From contig CM082585.2 in assembly GCA_040954595.2 (NCBI GenBank), forward strand, positions 10,455,895 to 10,519,894: 64,000 bases of DNA, given 5' to 3'. Numbering within the stretch: position 1 is the stretch's first letter; each line of letters begins with the position of its first letter. The stretch comes from Balanoglossus misakiensis. Taxonomy: Eukaryota > Animalia > Hemichordata. This document shows, piece by piece, positions 53,680-64,000 of this stretch. The position numbers and the translations under genes are program-made. Under the pieces are notes generated by a model. The model was not told the DNA's origin. It saw only the letters and a list, made by a program, of their open reading frames with translations, and did no database searches.

Positions 53680-56600
53680 TCCCATGAACAATATCTGTAA
53701 ATGACAAAATCATCAAAAGTTTGCAAGTCGAAAACTTGTCTCTTTGAAAATCTTCATCAGCTATAACCTATGAAAAAATATTCAAAGATGACCAAATTAT
53801 CATTTTTTGAAGATTTTCATGAGCTATAACCCATGATTTTTTCAAAAAATGACGAAATTTTGAAATTCCGCAAAGTCGAAAAATTCTCATTTTTTGATGA
53901 TTTTCCTGAGCTATAACCCATGGTTTTTGCAAAAGTCGGCCAAATTTTGAAATTCCGCAAAGTCGAAAAATTCTCATTTTTTGATGATTTTCCTGAGCTA
54001 TAACCCATGGTTTTTGCAAAAATCGGCCAAATTTTGAAATTCCGCAAAGTCGAAAAATTCTCATTTTTTGATGATTTTCCTGAGCTATAACCCATGGTTT
54101 TTGCAAAAATCGGCCAAATTTTGAAATTCCGCAAAGTCGAAAAATTCTCATTTTTTGATGATTTTCCTGAGCTATAACCCATGGTTTTTGCAAAAATCGG
54201 CCAAATTTTGAAATTCCGCAAAGTCGAAAAATTCTCATTTTTTGATGATTTTCCTGAGCTATAACCCATGGTTTTTGCAAAAATCGGCCAAATTTTGAAA
54301 TTCCGCAAAGTCGAAAAATTCTCATTTTTTGATGATTTTCCTGAGCTATAACCCATGGTTTTTGCAAAAATCGGCCAAATTTTGAAATTCCGCAAAGTCG
54401 AAAAATTCTCATTTTTTGATGATTTTCCTGAGCTATAACCCATGGTTTTTGCAAAAATCGGCCAAATTTTGAAATTCCGCAAAGTCGAAAAATTCTCATT
54501 TTTTGATGATTTTCCTGAGCTATAACCCATGGTTTTTGCAAAAATCGGCCAAATTTTGAAATTCCGCAAAGTCGAAAAATTCTCATTTTTTGATGATTTT
54601 CCTGAGCTATAACCCATGGTTTTTGCAAAAATCGGCCAAATTTTGAAATTCCGCAAAGTCGAAAAATTCTCATTTTTTGATGATTTTCCTGAGCTATAAC
54701 CCATGGTTTTTGCAAAAATCGGCCAAATTTTGAAATTCCCCAAAGTCGAAAAATTCTCATTTTTTGATGATTTTCCTGAGCTATAACCCATGGTTTTTGC
54801 AAAAATCGGCCAAATTTTGAAATTCCCCAAAGTCGAAAAATTCTCATTTTTTGATGATTTTCCTGAGCTATAACCCATGGTTTTTGCAAAAATCGGCCAA
54901 ATTTTGAAATTCCCCAAAGTCGAAAAATTCTCATTTTTTGATGATTTTCCTGAGCTATAACCCATGGTTTTTGCAAAAATCGGCCAAATTTTGAAATTCC
55001 CCAAAGTCGAAAAATTCTCATTTTTTGATGATTTTCCTGAGCTATAACCCATGGTTTTTGCAAAAATCGGCCAAATTTTGAAATTCCCCAAAGTCGAAAA
55101 ATTCTCATTTTTTGATGATTTTCCTGAGCTATAACCCATGGTTCTTGCAAAAATCGGCCAAATTTTGAAATTCCCCAAAGTCGAAAAATTCTCATTTTTT
55201 GATGATTTTCCTGAGCTATAACCCATGGTTCTTGCAAAAATCGGCCAAATTTTGAAATTCCCCAAAGTCGAAAAATTCTCATTTTTTGATGATTTTCCTG
55301 AGCTATAACCCATGGTTTTTGCAAAAATCGGCCAAATTTTGAAATTCCCCAAAGTCGAAAAATTCTCATTTTTTGATGATTTTCCTGAGCTATAACCCAT
55401 GGTTTTTGCAAAAATCGGCCAAATTTTGAAATTCCCCAAAGTCGAAAAATTCTCATTTTTTGATGATTTTCCTGAGCTATAACCCATGGTTTTTGCAAAA
55501 ATCGGCCAAATTTTGAAATTCCGCACAGTCGAAAAATTCTCATTTTTTGATGATTTTCCTGAGCTATAACCCATGGTTTTTGCAAAAATCGGCCAAATTT
55601 TGAAATTCCCCAAAGTCGAAAAATTCTCATTTTTTGATGATTTTCCTGAGCTATAACCCATGGTTTTGCAAAAATCGGCCAAATTTTGAAATTCCCCAAA
55701 GTCGAAAAATTCTCATTTTTTGATGATTTTCCTGAGCTATAACCCATGGTTTTTGCAAAAATCGGCCAAATTTTGAAATTCCCCAAAGTCGAAAAATTCT
55801 CATTTTTTGATGATTTTCCTGAGCTATAACCCATGGTTTTTGCAAAAATCGGCCAAATTTTGAAATTCCGCAAAGTCGAAAAATTCTCATTTTTTGATGA
55901 TTTTCCTGAGCTATAACCCATGGTTTTCGCAAAAATCGGCCAAATTTTGAAATTCCGCAAAGTCGAAAAATTCTCATTTTTTGATGATTTTCCTGAGCTA
56001 TAACCCATGGTTTTTGCAAAAATCGGCCAAATTTTGAAATTCCGCAAAGTCGAAAAATTCTCATTTTTTGATGATTTTCCTGAGCTATAACCCATGGTTT
56101 TTGCAAAAATCGGCCAAATTTTGAAATTCCGCACAGTCGAAAAATTCTCATTTTTTGATGATTTTCCTGAGCTATAACCCATGGTTTTTGCAAAAATCGG
56201 CCAAATTTTGAAATTCCGCACAGTCGAAAAATTCTCATTTTTTGATGATTTTCCTGAGCTATAACCCATGGTTTTTGCAAAAATCGGCCAAATTTTGAAA
56301 TTCCCCAAAGTCGAAAAATTCTCATTTTTTGATGATTTTCCTGAGCTATAACCCATGGTTTTTGCAAAAATCGGCCAAATTTTGAAATTCCCCAAAGTCG
56401 AAAAATTCTCATTTTTTGATGATTTTCCTGAGCTATAACCCATGGTTTTTGCAAAAATCGGCCAAATTTTGAAATTCCCCAAAGTCGAAAAATTCTCATT
56501 TTTTGATGATTTTCCTGAGCTATAACCCATGGTTTTTGCAAAAATCGGCCAAATTTTGAAATTCCCCAAAGTCGAAAAATTCTCATTTTTTGATGATTTT

Positions 56601-59600
56601 CCTGAGCTATAACCCATGGTTTTTGCAAAAATCGGCCAAATTTTGAAATTCCCCAAAGTCGAAAAATTCTCATTTTTTGATGATTTTCCTGAGCTATAAC
56701 CCATGGTTTTTGCAAAAATCGGCCAAATTTTGAAATTCCCCAAAGTCGAAAAATTCTCATTTTTTGATGATTTTCCTGAGCTATAACCCATGGTTTTTGC
56801 AAAAATCGGCCAAATTTTGAAATTCCCCAAAGTCGAAAAATTCTCATTTTTTGATGATTTTCCTGAGCTATAACCCATGGTTTTTGCAAAAGTCGGCCAA
56901 ATTTTGAAATTCCGCAAAGTCGAAAAATTCTCATTTTTTGATGATTTTCCTGAGCTATAACCCATGGTTTTTGCAAAAATCGGCCAAATTTTGAAATTCC
57001 GCAAAGTCGAAAAATTCTCATTTTTTGATGATTTTCCTGAGCTATAACCCATGGTTTTTGCAAAAATCGGCCAAATTTTGAAATTCCCCAAAGTCGAAAA
57101 ATTCTCATTTTTTGATGATTTTCCTGAGCTATAACCCATGGTTTTTGCAAAAATCGGCCAAATTTTGAAATTCCCCAAAGTCGAAAAATTCTCATTTTTT
57201 GATGATTTTCCTGAGCTATAACCCATGGTTTTTGCAAAAATCGGCCAAATTTTGAAATTCCCCAAAGTCGAAAAATTCTCATTTTTTGATGATTTTCCTG
57301 AGCTATAACCCATGGTTTTTGCAAAAATCGGCCAAATTTTGAAATTCCCCAAAGTCGAAAAATTCTCATTTTTTGATGATTTTCCTGAGCTATAACCCAT
57401 GGTTTTTGCAAAAATCGGCCAAATTTTGAAATTCCGCAAAGTCGAAAAATTCTCATTTTTTGATGATTTTCCTGAGCTATAACCCATGGTTTTTGCAAAA
57501 ATCGGCCAAATTTTGAAATTCCCCAAAGTCGAAAAATTCTCATTTTTTGATGATTTTCCTGAGCTATAACCCATGGTTTTTGCAAAAATCGGCCAAATTT
57601 TGAAATTCCCCAAAGTCGAAAAATTCTCATTTTTTGATGATTTTCCTGAGCTATAACCCATGGTTTTTGCAAAAATCGGCCAAATTTTGAAATTCCCCAA
57701 AGTCGAAAAATTCTCATTTTTTGATGATTTTCCTGAGCTATAACCCATGGTTTTTGCAAAAATCGGCCAAATTTTGAAATTCCCCAAAGTCGAAAAATTC
57801 TCATTTTTTGATGATTTTCCTGAGCTATAACCCATGGTTTTTGCAAAAATCGGCCAAATTTTGAAATTCCCCAAAGTCGAAAAATTCTCATTTTTTGATG
57901 ATTTTCCTGAGCTATAACCCATGGTTTTTGCAAAAATCGGCCAAATTTTGAAATTCCCCAAAGTCGAAAAATTCTCATTTTTTGATGATTTTCCTGAGCT
58001 ATAACCCATGGTTTTTGCAAAAATCGGCCAAATTTTGAAATTCCCCAAAGTCGAAAAATTCTCATTTTTTGATGATTTTCCTGAGCTATAACCCATGGTT
58101 TTTGCAAAAATCGGCCAAATTTTGAAATTCCCCAAAGTCGAAAAATTCTCATTTTTTGATGATTTTCCTGAGCTATAATAGACCCATGGTTTTTGCAAAA
58201 ATCGGCCAAATTTTGAAATTCCCCAAAGTCGAAAAATTCTCATTTTTTGATGATTTTCCTGAGCTATAACCCATGGTTTTTGCAAAAATCGGCCAAATTT
58301 TGAAATTCCCCAAAGTCGAAAAATTCTCATTTTTTGATGATTTTCCTGAGCTATAACCCATGGTTTTTGCAAAAATCGGCCAAATTTTGAAATTCCCGCA
58401 AAGTCGAAAAATTCTCATTTTTTGATGATTTTCCTGAGCTATAACCCATGGTTTTTGCAAAAATCGGCCAAATTTTGAAATTCCGCAAAGTCGAAAAATT
58501 CTCATTTTTTGATGATTTTCCTGAGCTATAACCCATGGTTTTTGCAAAAATCGGCCAAATTTTGAAATTCCGCAAAGTCGAAAAATTCTCATTTTTTTGA
58601 TGATTTTCCTGAGCTATAACCCATGGTTTTTGCAAAAATCGGCCAAATTTTGAAATTCCCCAAAGTCGAAATATTCTCATTTTTTTATGATTTTCCTGAG
58701 CTATAACCCATGGTTTTTGCAAAAATCGGCCAAATTTTGAAATTCCCCAAAGTCGAAAAATTCTCATTTTTTGATGATTTTCCTGAGCTATAACCCATGG
58801 TTTTTGCAAAAATCGGCCAAATTTTGAAATTCCCCAAAGTCGAAAAATTCTCATTTTTTGATGATTTTCCTGAGCTATAACCCATGGTTTTTGCAAAAAT
58901 CGGCCAAATTTTGAAATTCCCCAAAGTCGAAAAATTCTCATTTTTTGATGATTTTCCTGAGCTATAACCCATGGTTTTTGCAAAAATCGGCCAAATTTTG
59001 AAATTCCCCAAAGTCGAAAAATTCTCATTTTTTGATGATTTTCCTGAGCTATAACCCATGGTTTTTGCAAAAATCGGCCAAATTTTGAAATTCCGCAAAG
59101 TCGAAAAATTCTCATTTTTTGATGATTTTCCTGAGCTATAACCCATGGTTTTTGCAAAAATCGGCCAAATTTTGAAATTCCCCAAAGTCGAAAAATTCTC
59201 ATTTTTTGATGATTTTCCTGAGCTATAACCCATGGTTTTTGCAAAATCGGCCAAATTTTGAAATTCCCCAAAGTCGAAAAATTCTCATTTTTTGATGATT
59301 TTCCTGAGCTATAACCCATGGTTTTTGCAAAAATCGGCCAAATTTTGAAATTCCCCAAAGTCGAAAAATTCTCATTTTTTGATGATTTTCCTGAGCTATA
59401 ACCCATGGTTTTTGCAAAAATCGGCCAAATTTTGAAATTCCCCAAAGTCGAAAAATTCTCATTTTTTGATGATTTTCCTGAGCTATAACCCATGGTTTTT
59501 GCAAAAATCGGCCAAATTTTGAAATTCCCTAAAGTCGAAAAATTCTCATTTTTTGATGATTTTCCTGAGCTATAACCCATGGTTTTTGCAAAAATCGGCC

Positions 59601-62600
59601 AAATTTTGAAATTCCCCAAAGTCGAAAAATTCTCATTTTTTGATGATTTTCCTGAGCTATAACCCATGGTTTTTGCAAAAATCGGCCAAATTTTGAAATT
59701 CCCCAAAGTCGAAAAATTCTCATTTTTTGATGATTTTCCTGAGCTATAACCCATGGTTTTTGCAAAAATCGGCCAAATTTTGAAATTCCCCAAAGTCGAA
59801 AAATTCTCATTTTTTGATGATTTTCCTGAGCTATAACCCATGGTTTTTGCAAAAATCGGCCAAATTTTGAAATTCCCCAAAGTCGAAAAATTCTCATTTT
59901 TTGATGATTTACCTGAGCTATAACCCATGGTTTTTGCAAAAATCGGCCAAATTTTGAAATTCCCCAAAGTCGAAAAATTCTCATTTTTTGATGATTTTCC
60001 TGAGCTATAACCCATGGTTTTTGCAAAAATCGGCCAAATTTTGAAATTCCCCAAAGTCGAAAAATTCTCATTTTTGATGATTTTCCTGAGCTATAACCCA
60101 TGGTTTTTGCAAAAATCGGCCAAATTTTGAAATTCCCCAAAGTCGAAAAATTCTCATTTTTTGATGATTTTCCTGAGCTATAACCCATGGTTTTTGCAAA
60201 AATCGGCCAAATTTTGAAATTCCCCAAAGTCGAAAAATTCTCATTTTTGATGATTTTCCTGAGCTATAACCCATGGTTTTTGCAAAAATCGGCCAAATTT
60301 TGAAATTCCCCAAAGTCGAAAAATTCTCATTTTTTGATGATTTTCCTGAGCTATAACCCATGGTTTTTGCAAAAATCGGCCAAATTTTGAAATTCCCCAA
60401 AGTCGAAAAATTCTCATTTTTTGATGATTTTCCTGAGCTATAACCCATGGTTTTTGCAAAAATCGGCCAAATTTTGAAATTCCCCAAAGTCGAAAAATTC
60501 TCATTTTTTGATGATTTTCCTGAGCTATAACCCATGGTTTTTGCAAAAATCGGCCAAATTTTGAAATTCCCCAAAGTCGAAAAATTCTCATTTTTTGATG
60601 ATTTTCCTGAGCTATAACCCATGGTTTTTGCAAAAATCGGCCAAATTTTGAAATTCCCCAAAGTCGAAAAATTCTCATTTTTTGATGATTTTCCTGAGCT
60701 ATAACCCATGGTTTTTGCAAAAATCGGCCAAATTTTGAAATTCCGCAAAGTCGAAAAATTCTCATTTTTTGATGATTTTCCTGAGCTATAACCCATGGTT
60801 TTTGCAAAAATCGGCCAAATTTTGAAATTCCCCAAAGTCGAAAAATTCTCATTTTTGATGATTTTCCTGAGCTATAACCCATGGTTTTTGCAAAAATCGG
60901 CCAAATTTTGAAATTCCCCAAAGTCGAAAAATTCTCATTTTTGATGATTTTCCTGAGCTATAACCCATGGTTTTTGCAAAAATCGGCCAAATTTTGAAAT
61001 TCCCCAAAGTCGAAAAATTCTCATTTTTTGATGATTTTCCTGAGCTATAACCCATGGTTTTTGCAAAAATCGGCCAAATTTTGAAATTCCCCAAAGTCGA
61101 AAAATTCTCATTTTTTGATGATTTTCCTGAGCTATAACCCATGGTTTTTGCAAAAATCGGCCAAATTTTGAAATTCCCCAAAGTCGAAAAATTCTCATTT
61201 TTTGATGATTTTCCTGAGCTATAACCCATGGTTTTTGCAAAAATCGGCCAAATTTTGAAATTCCCCAAAGTCGAAAATTCTCATTTTTTGATGATTTTCC
61301 TGAGCTATAACCCATGGTTTTTGCAAAAATCGGCCAAATTTTGAAATTCCCCAAAGTCGAAAAATTCTCATTTTTTGATGATTTTCCTGAGCTATAACCC
61401 ATGGTTTTTGCAAAAATCGGCCAAATTTTGAAATTCCCCAAAGTCGAAAAATTCTCATTTTTTGATGATTTTCCTGAGCTATAACCCATGGTTTTTGCAA
61501 AAATCGGCCAAATTTTGAAATTCCCCAAAGTCGAAAAATTCTCATTTTTTGATGATTTTCCTGAGCTATAACCCATGGTTTTTGCAAAAATCGGCCAAAT
61601 TTTGAAATTCCCCAAAGTCGAAAAATTCTCATTTTTTGATGATTTTCCTGAGCTATAACCCATGGTTTTTGCAAAAATCGGCCAAATTTTGAAATTCCCC
61701 AAAGTCGAAAAATTCTCATTTTTTGATGATTTTCCTGAGCTATAACCCATGGTTTTTGCAAAAATCGGCCAAATTTTGAAATTCCCCAAAGTCGAAAAAT
61801 TCTCATTTTTTGATGATTTTCCTGAGCTATAACCCATGGTTTTTGCAAAAATCGGCCAAATTTTGAAATTCCCCAAAGTCGAAAAATTCTCATTTTTTGA
61901 TGATTTTCCTGAGCTATAACCCATGGTTTTTGCAAAAATCGGCCAAATTTTGAAATTCCCCAAAGTCGAAAAATTCTCATTTTTTGATGATTTTCCTGAG
62001 CTATAACCCATGGTTTTTGCAAAAATCGGCCAAATTTTGAAATTCCCCAAAGTCGAAAAATTCTCATTTTTTGATGATTTTCCTGAGCTATAACCCATGG
62101 TTTTTGCAAAAATCGGCCAAATTTTGAAATTCCCCAAAGTCGAAAAATTCTCATTTTTTGATGATTTTCCTGAGCTATAACCCATGGTTTTTGCAAAAAT
62201 CGGCCAAATTTTGAAATTCCCCAAAGTCGAAAAATTCTCATTTTTTGATGATTTTCCTGAGCTATAACCCATGGTTTTTGCAAAAATCGGCCAAATTTTG
62301 AAATTCCCCAAAGTCGAAAAATTCTCATTTTTTGATGATTTTCCTGAGCTATAACCCATGGTTTTTGCAAAAATCGGCCAAATTTTGAAATTCCCCAAAG
62401 TCGAAAAATTCTCATTTTTTGATGATTTTCCTGAGCTATAACCCATGGTTTTTGCAAAAATCGGCCAAATTTTGAAATTCCCCAAAGTCGAAAAATTCTC
62501 ATTTTTTGATGATTTTCCTGAGCTATAACCCATGGTTTTTGCAAAAATCGGCCAAATTTTGAAATTCCCCAAAGTCGAAAAATTCTCATTTTTTGATGAT

Positions 62601-64000
62601 TTTCCTGAGCTATAACCCATGGTTTTTGCAAAAATCGGCCAAATTTTGAAATTCCCCAAAGTCGAAAAATTCTCATTTTTTGATGATTTTCCTGAGCTAT
62701 AACCCATGGTTTTTGCAAAAATCGGCCAAATTTTGAAATTCCCCAAAGTCGAAAAATTCTCATTTTTTGATGATTTTCCTGAGCTATAACCCATGGTTTT
62801 TGCAAAAATCGGCCAAATTTTGAAATTCCCCAAAGTCGAAAAATTCTCATTTTTTGATGATTTTCCTGAGCTATAACCCATGGTTTTTGCAAAAATCGGC
62901 CAAATTTTGAAATTCCCCAAAGTCGAAAAATTCTCATTTTTTGATGATTTTCCTGAGCTATAACCCATGGTTTTTGCAAAAATCGGCCAAATTTTGAAAT
63001 TCCCCAAAGTCGAAAAATTCTCATTTTTTGATGATTTTCCTGAGCTATAACCCATGGTTTTTGCAAAAATCGGCCAAATTTTGAAATTCCCCAAAGTCGA
63101 AAAATTCTCATTTTTTGATGATTTTCCTGAGCTATAACCCATGGTTTTTGCAAAAATCGGCCAAATTTTGAAATTCCCCAAAGTCGAAAAATTCTCATTT
63201 TTTGATGATTTTCCTGAGCTATAACCCATGGTTTTTGCAAAAATCGGCCAAATTTTGAAATTCCCCAAAGTCGAAAAATTCTCATTTTTTGATGATTTTC
63301 CTGAGCTATAACCCATGGTTTTTGCAAAAATCGGCCAAATTTTGAAATTCCCCAAAGTCGAAAAATTCTCATTTTTTGATGATTTTCCTGAGCTATAACC
63401 CATGGTTTTTGCAAAAATCGGCCAAATTTTGAAATTCCCCAAAGTCGAAAAATTCTCATTTTTTGATGATTTTCCTGAGCTATAACCCATGGTTTTTGCA
63501 AAAATCGGCCAAATTTTGAAATTCCGCAAAGTCGAAAAATTCTCATTTTTTGATGATTTTCCTGAGCTATAACCCATGGTTTTTGCAAAAATCGGCCAAA
63601 TTTTGAAATTCCGCAAAGTCGAAAAATTCTCATTTTTTGATGATTTTCCTGAGCTATAACCCATGGTTTTTGCAAAAATCGGCCAAATTTTGAAATTCCC
63701 CAAAGTCGAAAAATTCTCATTTTTTGATGATTTTCCTGAGCTATAACCCATGGTTTTTGCAAAAATCGGCCAAATTTTGAAATTCCCCAAAGTCGAAAAA
63801 TTCTCATTTTTTGATGATTTTCCTGAGCTATAACCCATGGTTTTTGCAAAAATCGGCCAAATTTTGAAATTCGGCAAAGTCGAAAAATTCTCATTTTTTG
63901 ATGATTTTCCTGAGCTATAACCCATGGTTTTTGCAAAAATCGGCCAAATTTTGAAATTCCCCAAAGTCGAAAAATTCTCATTTTTTGATGATTTTCCTGA
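53680..64000. repeat. 87-bp tandem satellite array, about 117 copies, running off the window end
   Basis: Monomer GAGCTATAACCCATGGTTTTTGCAAAAATCGGCCAAATTTTGAAATTCC(C/G)CAAAGTCGAAAAATTCTCATTTTTTGATGATTTTCCT; regular from 53821, with two degenerate copies at ~53680-53820. Confidence 0.99.

Noticed and set aside
53768-63981. Very long minus-strand ORFs (up to 1534 aa) of 29-aa repeats
   Set aside because: The 87-bp monomer is divisible by 3 and lacks stops in two frames. Frames swap at single-base indels, and there is no unique domain or codon-level constraint.
53821-64000. CRISPR-like array
   Set aside because: Units are contiguous with no unique spacers, there are no cas genes, and the context is eukaryotic.

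Overview
AT-rich, intron-rich animal DNA; the TTAGGG-type repeat and gene content suggest a marine invertebrate, but the taxon is only inferred. Three protein-coding genes were reconstructed by hand. (1) The first coding exon of a SHARK/HTK16-type SH2-ankyrin tyrosine kinase (minus strand, 92-672, continuing off the left edge). (2) A complete 13-exon ATG16L1 orthologue (plus, 1339-5538, 561 aa), head-to-head with the kinase across 666 bp. (3) A complete 11-exon beta-arrestin (plus, 10769-51052, about 436 aa) with a 24.7-kb first intron. The introns hold several palindromic MITE-like insertions with readable target-site duplications, plus micro- and minisatellites. From about 53.7 kb to the end lies a highly homogeneous 87-bp tandem satellite of about 117 copies; its very long ORFs are artefacts. 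I found no clearly new biological system. The best leads are candidate alternative beta-arrestin exons (one could add an N-myristoylation motif), the SHARK-ATG16L1 bidirectional pair, and the perfect hairpin elements. No database searches could be run.
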